Shown: positions 38,187-51,747, counted from the first letter of the whole stretch. The stretch: 63,075 nt of DNA, filler included, from Octopus bimaculoides (GCF_001194135.2; 8 parts of 7 records of this genome joined end to end with filler, not necessarily neighbours in it), one strand, 5' to 3'. Numbers and translations: made by a program. The notes: generated from the sequence alone by a model not told the origin.

Positions 38187-38360
38187 TAACTCTAACTCTA
38201 ACCCCAACCCTAAACCTAAAACCCTACCCTAACTCTAAAACCCTAACCCTAATCCTAAAACCCTAACCCTAACTTTAAAACCCTAATCCTAACGCTAAAA
38301 CCCTAACCCTAACTCTAAAACCCTATCCCTAACCTTAAGACCCTAACCCTAACTCTAAAA
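38187..38360. repeat. Telomere-like array: seven ~20-bp units (CCCTAA)2+CTCTAAAA
   Basis: Units at 38222, 38241, 38261, 38281, 38301, 38321 and 38341, preceded by degenerate TAAC(T/C)C repeats. Confidence 0.85.
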
Positions 38361-38393
38361 TGAGTTCATCATCGCTATAGTCGTCGTCGTCAT

Positions 38394-38447
<54 letters not shown>

Positions 38448-38475
38448 TTACTGCTGCTGCTGCTACTGTTGTTGT

Positions 38476-38602
38476 TCGCGATTTAGGCACAAGGCCAGCG
38501 GTCTTGAAGGGAGAGTGTTAGCCGATACCATTGATCCCCATTACTTGACTGATACGTTTTTTTATCGGCCCCGGATGGATGAAAGGCAAAGTTGGCTTCG
38601 AT
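38476..38602 (-). mobile_element. SINE family B, 3' half, diverged
   Basis: ggcacaaggccagc and gatgaaaggcaaagt motifs. Confidence 0.7.
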
Positions 38603-39494
38603 TGAGGACTGGAAAAAGGACCTGAAGGACAGGGTCCTGGCTCGAGACCATATCCTATCAAAAAANNNNNNNNNNNNNNNNNNNNNNNNNNNNNNNNNNN
38701 NNNNNNNNNNNNNNNNNNNNNNNNNNNNNNNNNNNNNNNNNNNNNNNNNNNNNNNNNNNNNNNNNNNNNNNNNNNNNNNNNNNNNNNNNNNNNNNNNNNN
38801 NNNNNNNNNNNNNNNNNNNNNNNNNNNNNNNNNNNNNNNNNNNNNNNNNNNNNNNNNNNNNNNNNNNNNNNNNNNNNNNNNNNNNNNNNNNNNNNNNNNN
38901 NNNNNNNNNNNNNNNNNNNNNNNNNNNNNNNNNNNNNNNNNNNNNNNNNNNNNNNNNNNNNNNNNNNNNNNNNNNNNNNNNNNNNNNNNNNNNNNNNNNN
39001 NNNNNNNNNNNNNNNNNNNNNNNNNNNNNNNNNNNNNNNNNNNNNNNNNNNNNNNNNNNNNNNNNNNNNNNNNNNNNNNNNNNNNNNNNNNNNNNNNNNN
39101 NNNNNCACGTACTCTACAAAAATGTACTAATTCTTCATTTTAATGTTAAATTGTTTATATTATAACCTGACATAAAAACAAACGTTACTACATACACGCG
39201 CGCGCACACACAAACATATACACGCACACACACACAAACATACACTCTCTTTCATACATGTAAGGTTGGAATAATTTAGAGCGGCAGGAAATTTTAATGC
39301 ATAAAAATGGGTTTTGGGCGGAAAAAACAACACAGAACTGGTAAATTGTGATAGCTGCTACTTGCGGTTTGCTAATGGAAAACATTAAAGTAATTATGAC
39401 TAAATGTAGGGGGGATTGTATCCCAGCTCAAAATATGTTAAAATAGCAAGGATTGGTTGAACAAACCCATTTGAACCATTTCTTCATCGTATTA

Positions 39495-39716
39495 AATATC
39501 AATTTTAAATTTTGGCTCAAGGCCAGGAATTTCGGGGAAGGGGTTAAGTCTATTATAATCGACCTCTGTGTTCAACTGGTATTTATTTTATCGACACCGA
39601 AAGGATGAAAGGCAAAATCGACCTCAGTGGGATTTGAACTCAGGACGTGAAGACGGACGAAAAATCGCTAAGCGTTTTGCCCAACATGCTAACAATTCTT
39701 CCAGCTCGCTGTCTTA
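39495..39716 (-). mobile_element. SINE family B, tail type 1, full length
   Basis: Reverse complement aligns end-to-end with 30063-30280. Confidence 0.85.
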
Positions 39717-39985
39717 AAGATTGCGTGAAATTCGGGTGTTAAGGATGTCAAGTGTTCTCCAATGTAAGTATATTTGTGTATGTAACCGAAACACCACTTG
39801 CCTTTTATATCATTTGTATCACACCATTCTCAAATAACTCGTACTAAACACTGCCTCTGAAATAATGGAAGAAAAGTACTAGATACCATGCACTGCTTCA
39901 TACACGAACTTTCACTCCGAAGGACAGACAGAAAATATCACACACACACACACACACGCTCGCACGCACGCACGCACGCACGCAC

Positions 39986-40020
<35 letters not shown>

Positions 40021-40873
40021 GAGTTTAATATATATTAATGAGTAAATAGTGTTTTTATTATTAACTTTTGAATAATGAAATAATGTATTCCACTCATAAT
40101 TATTATTATATTATTCGTTAAATTAAATTCAATCGTGTTTTGTTTTCGAGAGAATTGAATATAAAAAAGCTTTCACTTTTTTTTTTATTATAGTAGTAAC
40201 AAAGGAAGATTGGTGGCATTATTATTTGTATGGACTTAAAGATTAGTCGCTGTTTCGTATATAATTTAGTTATTGTAGGTTTACCATTAATACCGATACA
40301 AATGTACATAGATTTATGTGTTTCTTTGTTGTAGTTTATTTTTAAAGTTAGTGTTTAACCCTGCTTATATTTAGATTGAATGAATGTGGTTATTAAGCTT
40401 TGACTTTTATATAATACTATGGAAGACTGTAGGGAATATTTTTTTTGTATGACTTAACAATTTGGTCGCTGTTTTGTTACATATTTAGGAGTTGGTTATA
40501 GATTTACTTATTGAATTTATTTACCAATACTGTTGTACATGGGTTAAATGTGTTTGAAAGTTGTGGTTTCTTTGGTATGTTTGTTCCTAAACAACACTTA
40601 TTTTAGTGCTGTTGACACCACCGGATTGAATGGTACTGCCCAGGTGTCGAAACCATAATGATATCCGAGGGGCAGCTGACGATGGAGGTATGTTGGATTG
40701 TTGGTATGGCTATTTTTGTATATGTGGAATAGTATTATAACACATCCTTTTGGTATGTATGTATGTTTATATANNNNNNNNNNNNNNNNNNNNNNNNNNN
40801 NNNNNNNNNNNNNNNNNTTAATTAATTAANNNNNNNNNNNNNNNNNNNNNNNNNNNNNNNNNNNNNNNNNNNN

Positions 40874-40974
40874 ATCATCATCATCATCATCACCATCATC
40901 ACCATCATCATCATCACCACCATCATCATCATCATCATCATCATCACCATCATCATCATCACCATCATCATCAC

Positions 40975-41052
<78 letters not shown>

Positions 41053-41056
41053 CATC
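40874..41056. repeat. (CAT)n/(CAC) trinucleotide microsatellite
   Basis: Direct reading; source of the poly-Met ORF. Confidence 0.95.
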
Positions 41057-41640
41057 GTTACCACCAACAGCAATGACGCCGGCGACAACGAAAGCAACAA
41101 CTAATTTCAGATACGATAAAATGGGTCAGTTGTTTGGGTGGAGGAGGGAGCGGTGAGAGGGGGGATGTAAGTAGTGGTGGTGGTGGTGGTGGTGGGGGTG
41201 CGATATACCATCATGTCGTTAAATCAGACTAGTTGAGAAACGGTTCTTCTATGAAGATAAAGATCAATATATGGAATTAAAAGAGTTTCATTGCTTTCGC
41301 AGACCAAACGATGTCTTTCACCTAGGATACAGTAATCTCTGGTTGTCTAAGACGATAGAGTTTCCGCTAAGAAGACTTTTAAACATTAACCTTTTGCCTG
41401 CCCAAAGCATTTCCAATGAGTTTGTCCTAAACGTCCATCCTTGTTTTCAGATTTTCAGTCAGCCCTTGCTTCATACCTTCTAATGCTTTTCCTTTCGTAA
41501 GTCCCATGTTACTCTGACAGTTGGGGAAAAATCTGCGAGTGTGTATCATATATAATGCTTTGAGCACCAAAGAAATGTGTCCTCTGTATCACATGTTGAT
41601 ACACGGGACAAGCAAAGATTTAAAATCTCTTGCCATCTTC

Positions 41641-41940
41641 ATTTTTACATCATTTACATTATTTACATTTGACGGATATTTGTCCTCATCTTGTTTGTTG
41701 TTAACACAACGTTTCGGCTGTTATACCCTCCAGCTTTCTTCAGGTGTCTTGGGGGAAATTTCGAACTTGGGTTCTCATTCCTAAGGTATTTTTCAATGTT
41801 ATTATCATAATTATTATTATTATTTTTATTATTATTATTATTATTATTGTTATTATTATTATTATTCAGGTCACTGCTTGGAATCGAACTCGGAATCTTG
41901 GGGTTAGTAGCCCGCGCCCTTAACCACTACGCCATATGCC
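41641..41940 (-). mobile_element. ~300-bp SINE-like element: tRNA-derived Pol III head + (AAT)n + hammerhead-containing Penelope-pLTR-like tail
   Basis: Minus strand head 41940-41867 reads ggcataTGGCGTAGTGGttaagggcgcgggctactaaccccaagattccgaGTTCGATTCc (A and B boxes, 7-nt anticodon-like loop CTACTAA). It is followed by (AAT)n at ~41795-41866, the hammerhead at 41748-41703, and an (aatgta)-type tail to ~41641. Confidence 0.8.
41703..41748 (-). ncRNA. Minimal type I hammerhead ribozyme motif (Penelope-type, palindromic stem III)
   Basis: Minus strand: gacac CTGAAGA a a-gctg gagggtataa cagc-c GAA A CG T T / gtgtt. Stem I gacac/gtgtt, core CUGANGA and GAAA, stem II 4 bp plus an A.C mismatch at the closing pair, palindromic AACGTT stem III. 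Predicted GUU cleavage between 41708 and 41707. Activity untested. Confidence 0.8.
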
Positions 41941-41980
41941 GAAGATTCCGAGTTCGATTCCAAGCAGTGACATCATCATC

Positions 41981-42031
<51 letters not shown>

Positions 42032-43031
42032 AATAATAATAGTAATAATNNNNNNNNNNNNNNNNNNNNNNNNNNNNNNNNNNNNNNNNNNNNNNNNNNN
42101 NNNNNNNNNNNNNNNNNNNNNNNNNNNNNNNNNNNNNNNNNNNNNNNNNNNNNNNNNNNNNNNNNNNNNNNNNNNNNNNNNNNNNNNNNNNNNNNNNNNN
42201 NNNNNNNNNNNNNNNNNNNNNNNNNNNNNNNNNNNNNNNNNNNNNNNNNNNNNNNNNNNNNNNNNNNNNNNNNNNNNNNNNNNNNNNNNNNNNNNNNNNN
42301 NNNNNNNNNNNNNNNNNNNNNNNNNNNNNNNNNNNNNNNNNNNNNNNNNNNNNNNNNNNNNNNNNNNNNNNNNNNNNNNNNNNNNNNNNNNNNNNNNNNN
42401 NNNNNNNNNNNNNNNNNNNNNNNNNNNNNNNNNNNNNNNNNNNNNNNNNNNNNNNNNNNNNNNNNNNNNNNNNNNNNNNNNNNNNNNNNNNNNNNNNATC
42501 GTATTGATTTTTGGTTTAACACATGAAACTATTATCTAACTCTTTGCCTTTATTTAATGACACACACACACACACACACACATATATTCTTTTACTTGTT
42601 TCAATCATTTGATTGTGGCCATGCTGGAGCACCGCCAGTCCAAAGTATTTTCACAAGCTTGTTTTAAACGGCCATACTTGTTTTCAGACTTTTACTTAAG
42701 CGCTTTTCTCATAAATTCTGAGTAATATAAAGAAAGCTTTCCATTCACAAGTCCCAAGTTACAATGGCGATTGAAAAAAACAACAAAAAAAAAAGACTAG
42801 CATTGTGTATCATATACGACGCATGAACTCCAGGAAAATATGTCCTATAAATTACATGATATCCACAAGACCGGCAAATGGTTAAAAATCACTTTGCTAT
42901 CTTTATATTTCTCGAGAGATCTTCTTTCACGTTCATCTTGGGATTAACACGTGAAACAATTATTTAATCTTTTGTCAGTCCAAAAGCAGTTTCATAAGCT
43001 TGTCCTAAACAGCCATACTTGTATCTTTTAA

Positions 43032-43254
43032 TTTTTACTTGTTTTACTCAGTTTCCGGCCATGTTGGGGCACCGCCTTGAAGGGTTCTCGATGAACAAAT
43101 CGAACTCAGTACTTATTTTTTGTCAACCCCGACTCTTATTCTGTCAGCCCCTTTCACCGAATCAATACGGGAACGCAAACAAACCAGCACCTGTTATCAA
43201 GCAGCAGTTGGGGGGACAAATACAAAGTTACACACGCATTCATTCACATACACG

Positions 43255-43291
<37 letters not shown>

Positions 43292-43472
43292 ACACACACA
43301 AAATACACATACACATACATACATACATACACAAGTGGGTTCTTTCAGTTTCCGTCCACTAAATCCACTTATAGATCTTTGGTCGTCCCATGAGCTGTTG
43401 TAGAATACTTGCCCAGGGTGGCACGCAATGGTACCGAACCCGAGTCCACGCGGTTGGGAAGCAAGTTTCCTT
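43032..43472 (-). mobile_element. SINE family C, old near-full copy
   Basis: ggccatgttggggcaccgcc..(CA)n..ttctttcagtttccgtc..tacttgcccagggtggcacgc. Confidence 0.75.
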
Positions 43473-43894
43473 TCATAAGACCAAAGTTTTTCCTGTGGTT
43501 TAAAAAAAACATGTGGAATGTGTATCGTGTTTGATGTATGGACGCCACGGAAATATGTCCTGACTATCACGTGATACACAAGACAGGAAAAGAGTTAAGG
43601 AGTAGAACAACTGAAATTAATAACGTAGGGGGCGCCACTGGTATGAAAAAACATCCGTTACAGAAAATGTTGTTGTTGCATATATTATCAGAGAGTAAAA
43701 AAGAAACAGAAAAACGGCTAAATTTGCTAATTAGATATAATGATGTGATGAGGAAGAGACAATATTAATTAATTGGCTGATGTTATTTTAATTATTCTGA
43801 CCGTTATTGAGATAATTCCCGGATATGTTTACTTGTAGACTGTGTTTACGTATATCGGCGAAAGAGAAGCAGGAACCGAGAAAGAATGAGAGGG

Positions 43895-43927
<33 letters not shown>

Positions 43928-44042
43928 GTCAGAGAGACAGATAGACACAGAGGGAGAAAGAAAGATACAGAAAGAGACAGACAGAGAGGGAAAGAGACGG
44001 GGAGAGCGTCGATTGAGACATGTAAAGACAGACAGGGTGAAG

Positions 44043-44082
<40 letters not shown>

Positions 44083-46453
44083 GAGTGACATATACAGGAG
44101 AGAGAGGTATAGATCAAGAGATAGATAGACAGATAAACGCACACACACAGACACACACACACACACATATGCATATACATACACACACAAACACACACGT
44201 ACACACACAAGCACACACATATACATATACATATAGACATACATTTACATATATATATATATATATANNNNNNNNNNNNNNNNNNNNNNNNNNNNNNNNN
44301 NNNNNNNNNNNTTAATTAATTAANNNNNNNNNNNNNNNNNNNNNNNNNNNNNNNNNNNNNNNNNNNNAGATGTATAAATCTGTGAATTTCTACAAAGAAG
44401 GTAGCTACAAATCAGTGCTTTACGAAAACCTAACCACCCACTATCCAAGATTAGTACATTCCTGTTCGAACTTTTGACACATCTGAAACTTACTTGCGAC
44501 CTGGACCAACATTTTCTAAAATTCTCAGGATGTTAGCATTTATCTTGACGTAAATCACCTCACACATCATGCAAGTCGAGTTTCTTTCAAAAAAACAAAA
44601 CAAAAAAAAAAAACGGAAATTTCACCTCAGCACATTAGCACTGTCGACAATAAAGTTTATTTCATTTTAGTGACCAATGAGAGAAAAACAGACAAAATCC
44701 TAACTGCACAAAAATTTGTCAGTAATAAAATGGCAGTGAGATCCTCATGTTGGAATTTGCAGTTAGTCAAATATATCCCAAATATACTTTATAAGACAGT
44801 GGTATGTTACTGAGGTATGTGAGATGCTTTCCTCGTCAACGCCACATTTCGTATATGCCAAACCGTTCGTAATGTTATGTCTGTACAACTTATCATAAAC
44901 AAGGAAGGTAATAACAATTCAAGAATTGTGTACCTTATAGCTCAACCTGTTTCGCGTACTAGTCAAATGACTGTGTTTACAGAGTATCTATTTACAGTTA
45001 AGTACATCGAAACAACGAGTAAGACATTACGCAGTAAAACAGACAAATGTCTATCAAATCTTACACGATACACTATAAAAAAATAAGAATACGGAACATT
45101 GAATATTCTACTCACAAGTACAAAACTTCTGATAAACAAAATACATCACTATCTTGTCTTACATGATTTTGTTCATAGCTCTGCTATCTTCAAAGGACGA
45201 TGGGCAGAAACATCAATAACAATATTAAAAGTCATTTTTTAAGGCCTGATGCTACGTCCATCGGTCAATTTTGCTGACAGATAAGTTACGGTGACAAAAA
45301 TAGACAAGAGTGATTGTTAAGCGGCGTGGATATGACAAACGCGCGCGCGCGCACACACGCACACACACACACACACACACCACATACACATGCACAGGCA
45401 GATATATAATATATATAGATATGTATGTATGTATATATTTATGTGTATGTATATNNNNNNNNNNNNNNNNNNNNNNNNNNNNNNNNNNNNNNNNNNNNNN
45501 NNNNNNNNNNNNNNNNNNNNNNNNNNNNNNNNNNNNNNNNNNNNNNNNNNNNNNNNNNNNNNNNNNNNNNNNNNNNNNNNNNNNNNNNNNNNNNNNNNNN
45601 NNNNNNNNNNNNNNNNNNNNNNNNNNNNNNNNNNNNNNNNNNNNNNNNNNNNNNNNNNNNNNNNNNNNNNNNNNNNNNNNNNNNNNNNNNNNNNNNNNNN
45701 NNNNNNNNNNNNNNNNNNNNNNNNNNNNNNNNNNNNNNNNNNNNNNNNNNNNNNNNNNNNNNNNNNNNNNNNNNNNNNNNNNNNNNNNNNNNNNNNNNNN
45801 NNNNNNNNNNNNNNNNNNNNNNCCCCCACACACACACATACATACACACATGCATGCAATCAGGCATGCACGCACGCATGAACTTGCACCATATCTATAC
45901 CATCTAATGCGTGTTTGTGCGTTTGTGAGTTGGCTATGTTGTATGGCATGAAAAGTTCAAAATTGTCGCAACCAAACAGAAACATATAGCTTATATGAGA
46001 CTGCTCTTATTTGCGGCCTTCACTCCAAAAATACTAATGCCAAGAGAGAAAAGCAAAACAGTTAATACTCTATGCTAACGGAAGAACTAATTTCATTGAA
46101 GATCCATTGCGCAACTGCACTTCGAAAGATATTTGGAAATCGGTAGATAAAGAACGAGGCCACCAGCAGTACAGAAAGTACATGAGATAAGGCATTGGCA
46201 TTCGTTTTACTATATCTCGAAGTATTGTGACCTCTTGTCTTACAGAGGTTTCATATTATTAGCCGTTCATCTATTATCTTGCATAAAAGAAAGGAAACTA
46301 TTTTGATCTGACAACACATACCAACATTTCTTCGAGTGTGTTTCACAGGAAACCTTTCTGAGACGCGAAGAATAATGACTGATATCAGTATTCAAAGGTA
46401 TACATACAACACACACACACACAGATGTATATATATATATTATATACTTATAC

Positions 46454-46485
<32 letters not shown>

Positions 46486-47060
46486 TGAATATATTGAATA
46501 TAACTAGGCCTACGCCTAGTTGAACGCTGTGGTCGACGAAATCAATTGGCCGCACCCAAGAACTAACTAGCCTCCTAGCAAAGATTTCAAANNNNNNNNN
46601 NNNNNNNNNNNNNNNNNNNNNNNNNNNNNNNNNNNNNNNNNNNNNNNNNNNNNNNNNNNNNNNNNNNNNNNNNNNNNNNNNNNNNNNNNNNNNNNNNNNN
46701 NNNNNNNNNNNNNNNNNNNNNNNNNNNNNNNNNNNNNNNNNNNNNNNNNNNNNNNNNNNNNNNNNNNNNNNNNNNNNNNNNNNNNNNNNNNNNNNNNNNN
46801 NNNNNNNNNNNNNNNNNNNNNNNNNNNNNNNNNNNNNNNNNNNNNNNNNNNNNNNNNNNNNNNNNNNNNNNNNNNNNNNNNNNNNNNNNNNNNNNNNNNN
46901 NNNNNNNNNNNNNNNNNNNNNNNNNNNNNNNNNNNNNNNNNNNNNNNNNNNNNNNNNNNNNNNNNNNNNNNNNNNNNNNNNNNNNNNNNNNNNNNNNNNN
47001 NNNNNNNNNNNNNNNNNNNNNNNNNNNNNNNNNNNNNNNNNNNNNNNNNNNNNNNNNNNN

Positions 47061-47274
47061 ACTCATATGCTATATTTTTCCTATACTTTCTTATGAATTA
47101 TATTAATGTTTACTTATTCCACCATCTCTGTATCTTTGTAACTCATATGCTATATTTTCCTATACTTTCTTATGAATTATATTAATGTTTACTTATTTCA
47201 CCATCTCTGTATCTTTGTAACTCATATGCTATATTTTTCCTATACTTTCTTATGAATTATATTAATGTTTACTT
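47061..47274. repeat. ~80-bp tandem repeat (at least 2.7 units) next to a gap
   Basis: Units start actcatatgctata at 47061, 47141 and 47220; near-identical. Confidence 0.9.
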
Positions 47275-48395
47275 TATTTCATTATATATACACTTCACAT
47301 TTTGTCTTTTATTCGCCAAGTCTTTTTTCTCTCATAATCATGTTTCTGTTCCTTTCTCCTCTACTCATGTTCTCTATCTTCTAAATTGTTTATGAACTCA
47401 TCCATTTTAGTCTTATTTTGTTTCGTCCTCGTTTCACTTTCACAGCATACTTTCACAGCTTACTCCACATTCTAACAGTAACGGTCATATTGGGTCATTG
47501 GCATATGCATACACATTTACATGTATACAAACGCTGCTATTTTAAAAAAGTGGAGCACGAATATCTCAAAACACAGCGGGTGCACTTGGTATTCACTACC
47601 GAATACAACAATATACAAATTTAAGAGCATTTGTACTTTACTGCTTGCTATATCTGGCAAGATACTTCTACTGTCGTACATTTTAATTAAAGACTGGAAC
47701 GGTTACGAACAAATCCATTTCCAGGGAAATATATTTATGTTTATGTATGCATAAATGTGTGTGTATGTATATTTAGATTTCCACCTGTAATTATTGGAGC
47801 ACTTGGATATATAACCAGCTGACTCAGCATCACGATTAAAGATTTAGATTTCTTAAAGCCAGAAAATTGAAAGCTAATTAGAAAACTACATACATGAGTT
47901 ATCAATGCAAGAGTAAAATTACGCAGAATTTACCAAAAGATTAATTAATAGGTACACATGCACTAGTCTAGGCGTGCAACTATATTTAGAAGTTCACATA
48001 CATATAGGAAAACATACAAATCTGCACATGAACAGACACCAAATACTTGCACATAGACAAAAATAACGGTATACACGAATACACATACATACACCAGGAT
48101 TTCCATGTATATGTATATAATGCATATGTGACATTGTATACATTCAACACGCAACATCGAATATTTGTAATCCAAAATGAAAACTGCTTCACAGACTTTA
48201 CTTCTATGGAAACACTAATATTCTCGTTACTAGTATTAAATAGTATTAAGTATTTAAGAATTTCGTGTTGAGGTGAACGATGAAATACCATGGTATTGTA
48301 TATGAATTTTAAATATATCCACATATGCTCGCACATACAGACATACAAATACTCGACAAATACATGAAGCATGCAAAAGTATGTGTATAATTCAT

Positions 48396-48458
48396 TTTTA
48401 CTTTTTAACCTTTTTACACATTTTAGTCATTTGACTGTGGCCATGCAGGAGCACCACC

Positions 48459-48517
<59 letters not shown>

Positions 48518-48643
48518 ATGTGTGTGTGTGTGTGTGTATACACAAACACACGACGGGCTTTTTTCAGTTTCCGTCTACCAGAACCACTCATAAGGCTTAG
48601 GCCGGCCGCAGACCATAGTAAAAGACACTTGCCCAAGGTGCCA
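48396..48643 (-). mobile_element. SINE family C with internal deletion, 5' end in gap
   Basis: Tail 48396-48458 joins directly to (TA)n(TG)n and the 5' body; the middle of the 3' half is missing. Confidence 0.8.
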
Positions 48644-49164
48644 NNNNNNNNNNNNNNNNNNNNNNNNNNNNNNNNNNNNNNNNNNNNNNNNNNNNNNNNN
48701 NNNNNNNNNNNNNNNNNNNNNNNNNNNNNNNNNNNNNNNNNNNNNNNNNNNNNNNNNNNNNNNNNNNNNNNNNNNNNNNNNNNNNNNNNNNNNNNNNNNN
48801 NNNNNNNNNNNNNNNNNNNNNNNNNNNNNNNNNNNNNNNNNNNNNNNNNNNNNNNNNNNNNNNNNNNNNNNNNNNNNNNNNNNNNNNNNNNNNNNNNNNN
48901 NNNNNNNNNNNNNNNNNNNNNNNNNNNNNNNNNNNNNNNNNNNNNNNNNNNNNNNNNNNNNNNNNNNNNNNNNNNNNNNNNNNNNNNNNNNNNNNNNNNN
49001 NNNNNNNNNNNNNNNNNNNNNNNNNNNNNNNNNNNNNNNNNNNNNNNNNNNNNNNNNNNNNNNNNNNNNNNNNNNNNNNNNNNNNNNNNNNNNNNNNNNN
49101 NNNNNNNNNNNNNNNNNNNNNNNNNNNNNNNNNNNNNNNNNNNNNNNNNNNNNNNNNNNATAGT

Positions 49165-49558
49165 GGAGGCGCAATGGCCCAGTGGTTAGGGCAGCGGACT
49201 CGCGGTCATAGAATCGCGGTTTCGATTCTCAGACCGGGCGTTGTGAGTGTTTATTGAGCGAAAAACACCTAAAGCTCCACGAGGCTCCGGCAAGGGTTGG
49301 TGGCGAACCCTGCTGTACTCTTTCACCACAACTTTCTCTCACCCTTACTTCCTGTTTCTGTTGTGCCTGTAATTCAAAGGGTCAGCCTTGTCACACTGTG
49401 TCACGCTGAATATCCCCGAAAACTACGTTAAGGGCACACGCGTCTGTGGAGTGCTCAGCCACTTGCACGTTAATTTCACGGGCAGGCTGTTCCGTTGATT
49501 GGATCAACTGGAACCCTTGACGTCGTAAGCGACGGAGTGCCAACAACAACAACAACAA
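49165..49558 (+). mobile_element. SINE family A, full length
   Basis: Family A with (CAA)6 tail. Confidence 0.9.
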
Positions 49559-49768
49559 TATATATACATATAAGGATCAATATACATTTTAACATATGAA
49601 TGTGTTGAGATATTTAGATATGTCTGTGCGTGCACACGGTGTTATATGTGTCGTGTGTGATAGCCAAAGATCAAAGTATAAGACTGGTTTAATCCTCACT
49701 TTGGTCCGCTGCGCATTCAAGCAGTTTGTAGTAAACTAAGCTTTATGTGAATATATCAAGGCCGTTCA

Positions 49769-49807
<39 letters not shown>

Positions 49808-49932
49808 CACACACATACAAACGAACAAACAACCATATATATATATACAAAATCATATTTGAAAGGGACTGTCACACATATGCGTCCTTAAATCTTACTA
49901 CGCCCACTTAAATATATAACCGCGCAGATGTG

Positions 49933-49999
<67 letters not shown>

Positions 50000-50240
50000 C
50001 TATCTGTGTCTATTATGTGTATACACATATATACATATGCATTCGTTAGTCTCGCACTGTTCGTTAGTTTTCCTTCGCTGCCATGTGTGAGTATACACGC
50101 TTGCCCGGTCATGTTCATTCCAGAAGAAAACACACGAAGAGAAGTGTGCGTTTGCATGCGTGTGCAAATAAATGATATGCGTGCGTCTGTGAGTATGTAT
50201 GTGTGTGCAAATATACATACATACATACATACATATATAT

Positions 50241-50478
50241 TCTTTTAATTCTTTTGCATGTTTTAGTCGTTAGACGGCAGCCAGAGTCTTGAAGGGATTT
50301 TTTTAGTCGAACAAATTGAACCCAGGATTAATTTTTAAGCCTGGGACTTATTCTATCGGTCTGTTTTGCTGAAATGCTCTAACACCGGCTGTTCAGCAGT
50401 GATGGATGATAAACACAGATGCAAAGACATACTGTACATACACACACTCACACACACATATATATATACATACATATC

Positions 50479-50525
<47 letters not shown>

Positions 50526-50746
50526 GTATATATATGTAAATGTCTCTCACTCTCTATCTCTATCCATATATGATATATATATATATATATATATATGTAC
50601 GACGGACCTATTTTAGTTCCCGTCTAGCAAATCCACTCGCAAGGGTCTGGTCGGCTCGAGGATATCGTTCAAGACACTCTTGCAAGGTGCCACGCAGTGG
50701 GATTGAACCCAGAACTATGCAATTGGGAAGCAGGCATCTTACCACA
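50241..50746 (-). mobile_element. SINE family C, old copy with expanded microsatellite
   Basis: acttattctatcggtctg..(CA)n/(TA)n ~180 bp..aaatccactcgcaagg..gcaaggtgccacgcagtgggattgaaccc. Confidence 0.75.
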
Positions 50747-51020
50747 ATCACGCATATACATATACTTACATATGTATGTATATATATGTGTATATATATA
50801 TGTGTATCTATATATATATGTATGTATATATGTATGTATATATANNNNNNNNNNNNNNNNNNNNNNNNNNNNNNNNNNNNNNNNNNNNNNNNNNNNNNNN
50901 NNNNNNNNNNNNNNNNNNNNNNNNNNNNNNNNNNNNNNNNNNNNNNNNNNNNNNNNNNNNNNNNNNNNNNNNNNNNNNNNNNNNNNNNNNNNNNNNNNNN
51001 NNNNNNNNNNNNNNNNNNNN

Positions 51021-51055
<35 letters not shown>

Positions 51056-51747
51056 GTATGTATATGTATATGTATATGTATAGGGGGAGAAATGTGTATG
51101 TGTGTGTGTGTGTTTGAATGTTAAACTTGTGGACAATGACACATTACCAGACATATATATATATTGACATATCTAGGAGTAAACACACACACATACACAC
51201 ACAAACACACACACATATACATATATGTATGTATATATATACATATATATATGTACATGTATATATATACATATATATAAACATTTACATATATGTGTAT
51301 ATGTTTGTGTGTCCGTGTGTGTGCGTGCGTGCGTACATATGCATATAAAGGCAAATCTGCAGTGAAGCACCACAAATGGTATAGAACGCCTAACATAGCA
51401 AGCATGAAACCCAAGCTGGTCTCTTGTTGAAAGGTTGAATAATCAGATTGTATAAATATTCAACATTAGGCTTAAATGCTTGAGCGTTTTATGTACGTAC
51501 TCTATTCTCAGTATATGTGTACGTATAAGTACACGTACATGTGTTACTAAATACGTGTGTGTCTATGTATGTATGTGTGTATGTATGTATGTATGTATAT
51601 ATGTATGTATGTTTATACATACGTATATATGTATATATATATATATANNNNNNNNNNNNNNNNNNNNNNNNNNNNNNNNNNNNNNNNNNNNTTAATTAAT
51701 TAANNNNNNNNNNNNNNNNNNNNNNNNNNNNNNNNNNNNNNNNNNNN

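Noticed and set aside
41867-41940. tRNA gene (and the tRNA-like heads of SINEs A and E)
   Set aside because: A/B boxes are present but acceptor and T stems do not pair, and each is fused to a repeat body.
47061-47274. CRISPR-like array
   Set aside because: Head-to-tail units without unique spacers, eukaryotic context, no cas genes.
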